A stretch of DNA of 64,000 nt, from the NCBI GenBank assembly GCA_951406725.2, contig OX597814.1, positions 76,632,001-76,696,000 of the forward strand. Direction: 5' to 3'. The position numbers and the translations under genes are program-made. Under the pieces are notes generated by a model that did no database searches, had not been told where the DNA came from, and worked only from the letters and a program-made list of their open reading frames with translations. The stretch is from Octopus vulgaris. Its lineage: Eukaryota. Of the stretch, positions 51,501 through 64,000 are shown one piece after another. Each line of letters starts with the position of its first letter. Positions within the stretch are counted from its first letter, which is position 1.

Positions 51501-52751
51501 CAGGGGTTGGACAAAATAATGGAAACACCTAGCATCATGATTTTGAAATATAACCGTCAAAAGGTTTATTTTTATGGGTTTTTTTATTTATTATTAGTGT
51601 TGCTTAATATGTTTTGCTAAAATTGCTGTTTCTTTTCAGATATTATCAGAAAAAGGTAATTAAAATGCATAAAAATGACAGATCTATCAGACTTTCAAAG
51701 AGATCAAATTTGGTGCTCGTATGGCAGGCGCTAGCGTAATGAAAACAGCCGAAATGTTTGGTGTATCAAGAAGTACTGTTTCGAAAGTAATGACAGCCTT
51801 TGAGAAAGAGGGAAAAATCTCCTCATCGAAACAAAACTCTAGAAGAAAACCAAAACTTTCAGATAGGAACCGTCAGACTCTTATGCGAATTGTTAGAAAG
51901 GATCACAAAAGTACAGCTCTCAAAGTTCTGCAGAGCTTAATGACCACCTCAAGAACGTAGTTTCCGCAAAGACTGTTCGCCGGGAGTTGCACAATGCCGG
52001 ATTTCATGGAAGGGCTGCAATCAGAAAATCACTACTTTCAAGAACAAATGTTGCGAAGCATTTAGAGTGCAGTAAAAAAACCTACAGAATTGGTCCTGAG
52101 AGCAGTGGAAGAATGTTATTTTTTTGGATGCGTCATCCTTTACCTTAATTTCGACCACCGGCTGAGTATACGTGTGGAGACAGCCAAAAGAAGCATTTGA
52201 CCCAGACTGCCTTCTTCCAATTGTTAAACATGGAGGAGGATCTGTGATGATCGGGGTTGGGGGATATATCTTGCAAATCTGCCTGCCCAATGGTTTTCTT
52301 TCATGGCAGAATTTATATTTAAGCATTTTATCTGATCAAATTCATCCTATAGTTGCGGAACTGTTTCTGGAGGGAAACGCAATCTTTCAGGATGATAATG
52401 CACCAATTCACACAGCTAAAGTTGTTACTGAATAGCATGAGGAACATTCTAGTGAAGCTAAACATCTTGTCTGGCCACCACAATCCCCAGATCTCAATGT
52501 TATTGAACGTTTATGGTGCATTTTAGAAAAACAAGTAAAGAGTTGATGTCCTCCACCATCATCACTACAAGAACTGGAGACTGTTTTTGCTGAAGAATGG
52601 ACAAAAATTCCTTTGGAAACAATTGAAACTTGGCTCAAGGCCATACCTCATAGAATTCAAGCTGTAATTACTGCCAAAGGCAGTCCTACCCAATAGTGAA
52701 ATAAATTTGTTTGAAATTTTAAGGTGTTTCCATTATTTTGTCCAACCCCTG
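51501..52751 (+). mobile_element. Full-length decayed Tc1-like transposon (1251 bp)
   Basis: Perfect 30-bp TIRs CAGGGGTTGGACAAAATAATGGAAACACCT with TA TSDs. Fragmented transposase with an HTH region, VKHGGGSVM, FQDDNAPIH and SPDLNVIERLW. Confidence 0.93.
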
Positions 52752-53747
52752 TATATGTGTGTATGTATGTAAGTATGTACACACACACACACACACACAC
52801 ATGCTCACACACATACCTACACATATACATATTGTTATCATTATCATTTTAATGTCTACACTTTTCCATATTTGTATTGATCAGATGAATGTATGTAGAG
52901 GCAGAGTTTTTTTTTACAGCCAGATATCCTTCCTGATGCTAACCCCAAAGCATTTTCAAATGAGGTAATAGTATCCCTGTGTAAAGCAACACACAGCCTA
53001 GACATGCTTATGTGGAGGACTGGAAACAAATTACACTGAAATGAGCTTTTCGTTCACAAAGATCATACAACATGTCAAGGCATGTCAGAAGACTTGGAAA
53101 TGTTTTTTGTAGTGGACTGCAAGCAAATGACACTGTTGAATGTACAAATTAGTGAATGAATACATGTATAGACTTGAGCGGCACAAACACACTCTCACAA
53201 ACACATACATACACACATCATCATCATCATCCTCATTTAACATCTACCTTCCATGTTGGCATGGATTTGATGGTTTGATAGGATCCAACAAACCAGAAAA
53301 CCATGTCAAGTACTAATTGCTTTCACATGGTTTCTGTTGCTGTGTGCCTTTCTTTATGCCTTCTTTGTGTGGTATCAGTATTAGTGTGGTTGTCAAGTAA
53401 TTCACCAGACTAGATCCTTCAACTGATTGGTAGTGTTGTAGGAAGTAAGGTGGCTTTATGCCAAGTGTTGAGATACTGAAATATGTTTGAGGGATAGGAA
53501 CAGGAATCTTGCAGAAGAGAAGATACATGGCTACTCCTGCAGGAAAGAGATATAAAAACGGTGGCGATGTAATGTCGGGCTTTACTCTTATGGCACAAGA
53601 GAGCAGACAGAAGATAGAATTGAGAAAAGGGAGTGGGTAAGCTCACAAGAGTGTGAAAGTAGACAGTCAAACATATCTTTGTCAGAACATTTCCTTTTCA
53701 AGAGCATATTGATAAATACTGACTTAATACATATTTGTATTTTGCAG

Positions 53748-53834
53748 AAGAGGATGAAATTACTCAAATGGATTTACGTGTTCTCTCTAGAAACTCTACA
53801 GCACAAAATACAAACAAAAATGATCAAGCATTAG
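53748..53834 (+). CDS. ANKRD42: ANKRD42-like, coding exon 9
   Basis: tttgcag|AA...TTAG|gtaatg. A phase 1-1, 87-nt linker exon (EDEITQMDLRV..DQAL) with weak sequence conservation. Confidence 0.72.
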   Translation, partial: KRMKLLKWIYVFSLETLQHKIQTKMIKH

Positions 53835-54399
53835 GTAATGTAGATTGCTGTTGTTTATTTCCTTTCTATTTAAATAAATCAAAGCAAGAATTACATTTAT
53901 TATATATTTGTTTTGTTTTTTTGTTGTTTTTTTTTTGTTCATAAATCATGTACTTCCTTCTTCCCTTAGAATATTTATCTGTTGAAAAAATGATTAAATC
54001 TCTTACTCAAAATTTTATGATCAGTGACAACAATCAATGAGTGATCATCTCTACTGTTTTCTTAATGAAATTAGATGTATCCAAGCCCACATTTTGCTTA
54101 CTCACAGGAGTTTCACTTGACCCTGCAAAAGCTAATATAACACTCATTAATTTCTTTCTTCGGTCCAGTAGTCTCTGTGTACTGCTCAAACTCCTTACAG
54201 AAGAGTTATTAGTGGTACACAGTATAGAGAGCACAGTCCTCAATGGCAGGTGTTCACTTGACTTACATAAAAAGAGAATTAGAGAGTGGAATATATGTAA
54301 ATTTTAATAAAATGCAATTGGAATGGAATCATACTTTACAGAAAACAAAGAGGGTCTTTTTTTTTAACTTGCTGGGTCTAAAGAAAAGCAGTTTAGAAC

Positions 54400-54720
54400 C
54401 ACAAGATTGATGCCATTAACCCTTTCGTTACTATCCTTAAACAGTTGCAAATCAACACCTGAAGAAAAAACATGATGAGGGGGAAATTCCAGAAATCAGA
54501 TGTTCTGGGAATGAAAGACTGGGCAAAGGTGTAAGTGTGGGGATTGGAGTCAGATATAACATAGGTGATATGAAATGGAGAGATGAGTGAGATGTAACTG
54601 GGTAGAAGTAGCACATGACCTGTTGGCTCTGAGGAACAGAACTCATTGATGGCCACTATTCCTCAGAGTAGTAGAGGAAGTGAAGAGAAGAAACAGCATG
54701 CTCATGAGTTAGGGTCTGAA
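54400..54720 (-). mobile_element. Old LINE 3' fragment (CR1/L2-like)
   Basis: SFIPRTSDFWN resembles the terminal SFFPRT..WN motif of CR1/L2 ORF2. Confidence 0.4.
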
Positions 54721-55548
54721 ACATGTCAGTGATTGATTTTATGCTAATCAGTCAAGGGGCCATTCATTATTGTATGAAGTCATATAAAGACAATATGACA
54801 AGACTCTACTGAAAGTAATGAAATTCTTACCCCAGCTTCTACACTTTCTGAGAAATCACCTCCCCTACTAATTATATCATCTAGGTAACAGAAGCTATAG
54901 ACTACTTCTTTTGGGTCATTTGAGCATTTAAGAGAACCTATTTCTGGTCTGTTCACAGTACATATTGCTCTTGTGCATCTGCCACATGCAAAGTTTACTT
55001 CCTCTCTTACCCTGCCTGTGATTATACAGCATCTCTTGTGTGTTCATTGCTTTTATTGGGCATAACATGTGGAGATTATACCTACTCCTTTTCTGCTTAT
55101 TAAGCAAGCCCATTTCCTGATGATACCATGATCTTGCCATCTTTCCTACTTACTAACACCTTCATATTTGCTAAGTTTGCCTTGAAGCATCAACTGAACT
55201 AGTAGTTCAGTTGGTCAAATAAATGAATCATTGAAATTGACAGAGACCCATTTAGTTATAGATATATATCAAAATAAGAACTGGAAGTTAACATAATTGA
55301 CTAAAATGCAGCATGCCCACACTCCAATGACTGGAATTACTAAAAAAATACAAGAAGCACTAATGTTTTTTTAAACATTGCCAAATAGGGAAGAAGATTT
55401 CTTGAAAGTCTACCAAAGCATCTTAGACAAATGATTGTTAGTTCCCACCATCTTTATTTTTATGATGATCATCATGATCATGATAATTTTTTTATTTACC
55501 ATTACATAACAGAAAGCTTCATCATCCCCTGCGTCTTGTTTATTGTAG

Positions 55549-55675
55549 ACCGAGCAAAGGAAAAGGTGCAGGACCTTGAAGAAGAGCTCAATATAGCTAG
55601 AAAGAACTACAGTCAACTTGGTGGCATGATTTCAGAGGAACAAAAACAAAGAAAAGACATACAAGAAAAGAATCA
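55549..55675 (+). CDS. ANKRD42: ANKRD42-like, coding exon 10
   Basis: tgtag|AC...AATCA|gtactg. RAKEKVQDLEEELNIARKNYSQLGGMISEE, a coiled coil. Confidence 0.88.
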
Positions 55676-58313
55676 GTACTGAATTAAGTTTTCAAATTTA
55701 GTCTCACATAGTTGCTGTCAGTATCATCTTCATCATTAATAACTACCACCACCACCACCACCATGAACAACAATAACAACAGCATATGTGACTTGCTGTT
55801 ATTGTCATCAACACCCAATAACCACTAACACCATCACCATTATCATCTAAGTAGTTGTCTTTGTCACTAATCCAGTGAAAGATCAACTTTGTCACTGATC
55901 CAGTGAGAGAGTTTCAATAATGTTGCTCGACCAGCTAGAAATAGAGGTTAAATATTCCTCACACCACACCTTGACTGCATTTGATAATGTAGACTGGGGT
56001 ATACTATGTCTGCGAAAAAGATGGTATGATGAAGGCAGGAATTCCTTCAGCCATTGGTTAGTTCAATGAAGGGCTAAACAACATCATCACCATCACTATC
56101 ACTACCACCACCAAGATCACCACCATCTCTACCATTTTCATCTTTATCATTGTTGCCACAGTCATCATCATCATCATTATTGTCAGTATCATAATTTTAA
56201 TGTTTTTATTGTTTTAATACCTGTGTTTTATAAATTATGTTATATTGCCTCTTGGTGGTGGTAAAATGTTCTTTCATTTATTATTTTGTCATCATTTAAG
56301 GCAATGAGTTGGCAGAACTGTTAGTACATCGAACAAAATGCTAAGAGGCATTTTGTTTGTCTTCATGTTCTGCCAAGGTTGACTCCACCTTTCATCCTTT
56401 CAGGGTTCATAAAATAAACACCAACCATGTACTGGGGTTGATGTCATCGCCTAGCTTTGCTCCTGTAAAATTTCAGGCCTTGTGCCTTTAATAGCAAAGA
56501 TTGTTTTGTCACTATTTGTTTGTCTTTAACTTCTTTATATGGCTTGGCATAAATAAGCAGAGAGGGAACACCTATGACTTTTGCAGAGCTCCAAAGAAGT
56601 GTTTTTGCATTTGAAAGATCATCAAACTGGATACTTTTCAAGACAGTGAACTCAGCTCAGAACCAAGAGCCTAGTGGTGTTAGTATCAAACTGATTAGCA
56701 GAATAGCTCTCCAACTTATTGGCAAGATGATGGTTGGAGCTGGATAAACATGTTGAATTAAATACTTTTAGGCATTTAGTTCTTTTTCAGTCTGAGTTCA
56801 AATTGCACCAAGATTAACTTAACTTTTAAGTGGCATACAAATATTGTTGTCCTTCCCATAAACTTTGTGCCCTTGTAAGCAGTCAGTATTATTTGACATC
56901 ATCATCACCATCATTATCATCATCATCACAATCACTTAATGTCCATTTTCCATGCTGGAATGAGCTAGACAGTTTGACAGGATACAACAAGCCACAGAGC
57001 TATGCTGAGCTCCATTGTTAATTTGGTATGGTTGCCACAACTGGTCATCCTTCCTAATGCTAACGACTTTACTGAGTGTACTGGGTGCTTTTTTTTGTGA
57101 CACTGGCACTTGTAAGGTTGCAACTAACTTGCAAGACTCAAAAGAGAATGGAGAATGGAGAAAAAAGCTCTTGCTGTTAAGTGAGGGTGAGTTTCCATGG
57201 AGGAAAGGGACTTTAAACCAAGTGTCAAAGATTGAAGTATGATAGACAGTCAAGCTACAGAAGGGATACATGATTACCACTCATATAAGCATGGGTGAGA
57301 GTAGTTGGGGGGAGACAGAAGGTTGTGATGGAGTGCCAAAGCAAACTCACAAAGTACAAGAAGGAAAGTATAAGAGAGAATATAGACAATGGGTCAGGAA
57401 AGGGCAGGACAGAATAGGTACATTCATAAGTTTGTGAGGGGAAAATAACAGAGGATCAGAGAAGGGAGTAGTGAAAGTTTGGTTGATGGGAAATATCAGT
57501 ATAGAGAAGGGGTATAGGTCAAAAGGTTGGGGGATGATGTACAAGATGGAGATGTAGGGGTGCATAGGGGTAGCTAGAGGGAGTGGGGTGTGATGGCATG
57601 TATGAGAGGATGTGAAAAATGAAAGTAAATGGATTAGAATTGAATATGGTAAACTTGAAATCGGGATAATTTTTAGAGATTATTGAAAAATATGTTACAA
57701 TGAGTCTTGCAAATATTTCATAGTTCTGGTAGGCAAAATAGTGAATGTGTTACTTCAAAGAATAGAAATGGGATGTACTGAAAAAACTGTTCCACTTAAG
57801 GTTCATTCTTATTGTTGGCAATCTGTGTCCTAATCAAACTGAGTAAGGAGATGATTCAGGTCCACTGTTATAGATTTTAAAAGAAATTTGTCAGATGGCA
57901 ACCTGTTATTCTCCACTAATCAAGGAGCCTCTAAGTGGCTGCTTTACCTGCTAGAAAAATCAGCTAAATCTCTCTACTACTATCAAGACAAATGATACAT
58001 TGGATAATATAGTCTTAAATATACTGAAAATAAGATGGAACAGTCATGGTTAGAATTCCTTTGATCATAGGTTGTCTCCAGCAGATCTGATATGGAGGGT
58101 TGGCAAAACAATAATTTGAAAATGTAAATATTTTTAATAGCATTAAATAAATATGTTAACCCACAGAAGTTTTATTGTTAAACAAATTCTATCTTACTTG
58201 ATCTTTAATTGATACTTAATATAATGCTTTATTACAATGTTTTATAAGTCTTCATAAAGTCTTTAGGATTTTACTGAAATGTATTGATTAAATGTACTTG
58301 TTTAATTTTAAAG

Positions 58314-58443
58314 AACAATCAAAGAATTGGAAACTCAGCTTGAGTATGAGCGACTACGTCGAGAGAAACTGGAGGCTCAAGTTGATGAGTGTCAACAACA
58401 GCTTGCTCTAATTGGAGCCAACTTCTCTTCTGAAGACACAGAT
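58314..58443 (+). CDS. ANKRD42: ANKRD42-like, coding exon 11
   Basis: aaag|A...GAT|gtatgt. TIKELETQLEYERLRREKLEAQVDE is the characteristic ANKRD42 C-terminal motif. Confidence 0.92.
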
Positions 58444-60443
58444 GTATGTAGCCATCTTGTTTTTAATATCTAACAGTCATTTACAACTATCATTAAAATA
58501 TCCATGCCTAAATTCTATCAATGACTAATGACTCAACACATATGGTAGGAGTTCTGTCATCATAGAATGGTTGTGTATCTTTAAGAAAACTATAACCAAA
58601 GCAGGAGACAATGCCAATGAATGTTGCATGACTCTTCAGTAACTATTTATTAACTATGGCTAGAAACACTGAGTGAATGTTTCCTTCATTTGGTTAATCC
58701 TGTGTCATAGACCTACTTATGCAGAGCTTTTGGGTCTAATTACCAATACCAATTATAACCATTTGAACATATTCTAAACAAATGGTAACATTTCAATTGT
58801 TTGGTGTTGTAAGTATCAAGGGTTTTTTTTTTTATTCAAGGGTGTTTTATTTAACATAGAGATCTCATTCCATGATAGCATGTTATTTCAATTTTCCTCC
58901 ATACACACTGTAATACAAAGGTAATGTTATGCATATCTTGATGTTTATCATGAAGAGAAGAACATTAAATTAGAAAGATTTGCAGAGATTGGAGAAAAAT
59001 GACTCAAAACACAACCTAGTGGATTTTGCATTGTTTATTGGTAAAGTGCAAGGAAGCTCAGAGAATGGTTAGGCGATAAAGTCATCCACCACAGTTTACA
59101 GGAGAGATTGCTACAGTGTTATATGAATGAACAATGACTGCTGGATAAAAAAGAGAAGTAAAATGCTGCCTGCAAAATGTACCTGTGATAGAGGAATATA
59201 CTGGAAGAAATGGCCAGGCCAAATTTCAGAATATTGGATCTCAGATGAGATGATGAAAGATCAAAACAAGTGAGGAAGTCTATATTAATGTTAGGGTTAT
59301 CATCAGGGTCTATAAGATTGGAGTTCAACTGATACATTGTTCCAAGGCCCAAAGAGTGAAGTAGAGATCTATGACCCTACCTGCACCAAAAGAAACCCTT
59401 ATAGTTCCTTGAATTTTGAGAGGAATCCTGCCCATCCCAGAGCATGAAGTGAATTTATTGACTTTGCCAAATTTTTCTTGAAGTTCCTTGCAGTTAAGAA
59501 AATATAATTAATTAATAATACTTATGTGGTGGAAGAAGGAAATATTAGCTCAGTGAATGATATTCATTTAATATCACCTTGGTACATCTCTTATGTTCTT
59601 ATGATAATTTTTGACTTCTACTCATTACTTGTACATTAGTGTACATTAATATAGTAATTCTGTTATCACTTATCTGGCAAATTTGGAGATTCCATTACTT
59701 CACTGAAGAGGATTAATAATGCTGAAACATCTCTATAGTTGTCGTCCATACATTCGTCATTGAATTAATGTTTTCTTGACCACGTGTACAATCAATTAAT
59801 TTTATTTTTTGCCTCACTACATTAAGTATGATGGTAGGAACTTGATTGTTGATTTTTATGTGGATGGTATCCCTAAGAAATGCAGTTGTATCTAAATTTC
59901 TTGGCCTTATCTCTGCTCCATCTTTCCTCAACCAGCCATCAGTTAAGTATGCTTTTCTACTCAGTATGCATTTTATATTATAATTCATGAAAAAGAATAA
60001 CAATGAAATATAATGCGTTTCAATATTCTTAACCCTTTAGTGTTCAGATTATTCTGTCAGATGTGATGTTTGTTTATTTATATTGTTTTGAATTAATCAT
60101 GCATTATCTTGTAGTTTAGAGATTTTTTAGTTTTAGAACGGCATGGTAGGGCTGAGGTGAGAGGCAAGATCTGGTCAGTTTCAATATAAAACAGGTTAAA
60201 TATTTTGGCCGGATATGGCCTGTTTGAACAAAGAATAGAAATACAACTTAAATTCATGTTTTACCCTACTTCGAATATCTATTATAAAAAATTAATAGAT
60301 TTCATATTTCATAATCTTCAGATTTCTCATAGATTATTTTTTAATGAAGCTCTCTGAATTTTGTAATCATTTATAGTGGGTTTGTTTTCCCCCATTTCTA
60401 TTTTGTGTTTTTCTTCTTTTCTTTTCTTTTTTTAATTTTCCAG

Positions 60444-60587
60444 GCAAGTTCTGATATCTCAACAAAGCCATCGAATCAAGTGCCTACAAAATATGCTAAA
60501 TCACCAAAGGTCAACCATAAACATAAAACTGAAGGTATATCCATTAAGCGAAGTGTCAACAATGGAAAAAAGTCAGCTGTTAAGTGA
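60444..60587 (+). CDS. ANKRD42: ANKRD42-like, last coding exon
   Basis: Long pyrimidine tract, ccag|GCA, phase 0. ASSDISTK..EGISIKRS..AVK then TGA. Confidence 0.82.
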   Translation, partial: ASSDISTKPSNQVPTKYAKSPKVNHKHKTEGISIKRSVNNGKKSAVK

Positions 60588-61059
60588 CACACTGATACAC
60601 ACTGTTTACTTATCCAATACTTAATATATTCTTATATCACTGTATTTGATATCAATACCATGGGTTTTAAATTGACAAATACCAGGCCCACTGAAATATT
60701 AGTGAATAATTTTTGGGTTCCCCTCTTTATTTATGAGAACACAAAACTTTTTGTTTGATTTTTGCCAATTTTAAACCATCTTAATTTTGTTTGTCTCCTT
60801 TTTAATCTTTAAAGTGTCTCCACTCTCATTAGAGGAGACACTGTACTAAAGTAATGATTTCTTACATTGCTATAAGATCTCAGGAGGAGGAGGAGGAGTG
60901 ATATTTCTGATGTTTCTGTATTTTGCAAAGGCATTAAGTTATTTTCATGAGTGAAACATCAATATTGTTGTAAGTTATTGAAGTAGATTTCAAGTGGGGT
61001 TATAGCTCTTGTTAGAAGATTAATATACTTAATCAACAACAGGTTAGTGATATGTACTT

Positions 61060-61065
61060 AATAAA
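61060..61065 (+). terminator. Candidate polyadenylation signal of the ANKRD42-like gene (alternative at 61214..61219)
   Basis: First AATAAA noticed after the stop codon. The AT-rich background makes chance matches likely. Confidence 0.3.
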
Positions 61066-64000
61066 ATACTGTTTGCAAATCATAAGTAAGCACTAGATAT
61101 CAAGAATACAGTTTTACTTCATTTGTTTGTCAAAATGAGTTTATCAGATTTAATGACAAATTATGTAAGATAGTAAACTATTTTACAAAAATTAACATTA
61201 CTCCTAAGATCCTAATAAAACGGTGATTGTGCCTCTATCAAGTAATATTTGCATAAAACAGTCTTTTTTATTAAGCTATTAAGTTGTGAGATGTGTAACT
61301 GAATAACAAAAATGAAATTACCCCCAAAACACATTTTAAACATTTTTTAAGGAATTCATTACCCCCTAAATATTAATGCTAAAGTAATTCAAAACTACAA
61401 AACTATATGTTTTTACATAAATGAGTCTGATAATAATTTTGGTAGCAAGTGTTATTGAGGAAAAAAATAAATTTTTGTGTAACCTCTGATTAAAAACCTG
61501 TCTTCTCACTTTGAATGCTTATTTGACCTACAGGTTTGGAATATGATCTTGTTTTATATCATAGTTATGTTTAAAATACCAGTGATTTCTTGCATTAAGT
61601 ACAATCAATATCTCAGTTTAATATGAAAAACAATTTTTTTTTCTTTCAAGAATATTAGTGAAAAGTCTGAATTTTTCTTCTGGATATTAAGTGATTATTT
61701 TGTTAATGCACAAAGATAAGGGACTACAGTTATAGTTATCCTTTCAGGAATTTGTATGATCAATACAGCCAGTGCTTAGATCCATAAAATATATTGTAAA
61801 TGCCTAAGGTGTCAATCACAAAATAGAAGTACATTCTATTTCTTTCTGCTATATATGCTCCTGTAAATATTTGTCTTGATATTTTGAAGGAATGATATTT
61901 AGTATTGGTTTCCTAATGTGAGATAAATCTCTTCTTGGACATAATACTGGCCCATCTCAAATAGCATTCATAGTTGCACTGATGCTTGTTTTTAAAAACT
62001 AGGTAAATTTAAGCTTACCATTTTAAAACTCATGGACCTATGCTACAGTTATTGTCAAATTCACTTTTGTTGTACTCTTAAGAAAGCATAAACACCATAT
62101 TTTCTTATCCTGTAAATATGAAACCTGTTGGCTATATAAGTTTTTAATCTCTCTTAAAGTAACATTAAACAAATATGAAACAAAAAGAAAAACAACAAAG
62201 CAATATATGCTGATATAATCAAATTTAATTATCTAATGAATTAAAACAAATTTGTCATTGTTTAATTATAATGTAGTTATTCAAGCTGTTTGTTTCTTTT
62301 GCAAATTAATGTGCAAGCACTTTATCATTTCATTTTTCTCAATTTCTATCTGATGATGGGAAGTAATTGGTAGGCTGAAAGACAAAAATAACAGATTTAG
62401 TTTAAATACATAGAATTGCTATAGTTAAAAAGGAAAAGTAACAAATTAATGGAAGAGCATCATTAAAGAATTTTTGGATTTCGTGGAAAGTGATGAAGTG
62501 ACAACAAAGAGAAAAATATATTCCCCCAGGTTTTGGCATCGAAAGGCTGCTACGAGATTATTTTAGGTGCAGGCACGGCTGTGTGGGAAGAAGCTTGCTT
62601 CCCAAACACATGGTTCTGGGTTCAGTCCCACTGTGTGGCATCTTAGGCAGGTGTCTTCTACTTTAGCTTTAGACCAATCAAAGCCTTGTGAATGGATTTG
62701 ATAGAGGGGAAACTGAAAGAATATTTATCAGAGCTGTTTGATAAACTCTAGAGAGAAGAGAAATTTAGACAAAACACCAAGATGAAAATTAATAATAATT
62801 CAATTTGGACAAGTGTATTAGCTTAGTTTCTCCTGTTCCCAAACAGTGGATGAATGTCTGAAAATTGTAAAACTTTAACGCTACTGCACAGAGAACCACT
62901 GTAAACAGAGTTGAATTTCTTTTAAAACAAAACTCTCAACTTTTCTGGAATGATGACTAAGTACCAAAATGGACAATACAGACATTCTACACTTGGACCA
63001 ACACACAGACACACACACACAATATATATATGTGTGTGCATGTGTGTGTATAGATGCACACTCTGGTCACTTTACATGGCTCTCCATTAGTCCCTTGAAA
63101 TCAGATATAGATAGAATCAACAAAAACTACTAGGGAGGATAATTCCACTGGTTACCAAAATATGTTGACTTCGAATAATGGCAATGTACTAGCAGTCAGC
63201 TGCTGGTTTGAAAACCTCTATAGTAAAGATAGTACTTCCTTTGTGCAATGAAGGAGATTATTACTACCATCTACTTCCTCAATTTTATTAAACAAGACCA
63301 TTATTTTTGCTGCTACTGACAAGACAAAGGCAATGAAAAGTCAGAAGAAGAATGACACTAGAAGTCAGTAGCTGGTAAGCAAATATCCACACTTTATTTG
63401 CTGCTGTGACACCAAGAACAAAAGCTCTCTGGGCGTTTTGTTCTTCATAGTAAGGAAAAATATCATTTCTTGTGTACAAAAAGAATAAATTGTTGTTTAT
63501 CAAAATCTCAACAAATTCCAGTGTTTCTTTCTGTACAAATATAATCAAGGATGAGAGACACTATTCTTTTAACTAGGAGAATGGTTATCTATTTCCAGAG
63601 GATCTTGCGTGGTTGAGGTTGACTTTGCTTAGTGATAATCTGAATCTACTTAAGTTGTTGATCTGATGAGTCTTGTATCTTCTAAATAAACTACCAGAGG
63701 GCTTCTGAACTTGTAGGTCGACTGCATAGAGATGATGCCATTCTGACTATTTCCAAATATTCTCAGTCCAACTTAGAAGGGCTGTGGAAATGTCTCCACT
63801 CATTCTTTAAACATTTATCAACTTCCTTCGAAAATTGTAATAAAATAGTCAACTTTTTAGATATGAGACTAAACCTAGACTTCAAACTGTACTAACCTAC
63901 CACAAACCAAATGAGACTATCCACTATGTCGTTAGATTGAACTATTTTAGATACATTATAGACAGTTTAGTTAGAAATATATCAATTACAATCTCTAATC

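Noticed and set aside
63288-63548. 86-aa minus-strand ORF as an exon of a convergent gene
   Set aside because: No recognisable domain or convincing splice sites, so it cannot be supported from sequence alone.

Overview
AT-rich, repeat-dense animal genomic DNA; the microsatellite load and the SINE/LINE families suggest a cephalopod (Octopus-like), which is inference from family resemblance only. One complete host gene can be assembled by hand: a 12-coding-exon ANKRD42-like ankyrin-repeat/coiled-coil gene on the + strand (ATG 15969, stop 60587, 1494-nt CDS, 497 aa, all introns GT-AG with consistent phases). It is preceded by an RFX X-box and a CCAAT box. The rest is mostly mobile DNA: a near-intact CR1-like LINE, R4/Dong-like REL non-LTR elements in microsatellites, RTE fragments, two Penelope-like elements, a composite Helitron carrying a piggyBac fragment, full-length decayed mariner and Tc1 copies, MITEs and tRNA-type SINE families. 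Notable observations: (i) a cluster of Penelope-type hammerhead ribozyme motifs around the ANKRD42 promoter and intron 1, including a sense-strand copy with an intact core inside a spacerless near-perfect palindrome; (ii) a 3' stem-loop shared, with compensatory substitutions, by the CR1-like LINEs and a SINE family; (iii) a twin-priming-type 5' inversion in a REL retrotransposon; (iv) a double-headed Helitron whose single-event insertion is supported by the interrupted Penelope ORF. All coordinates were read by eye, and ends of decayed repeats are approximate.
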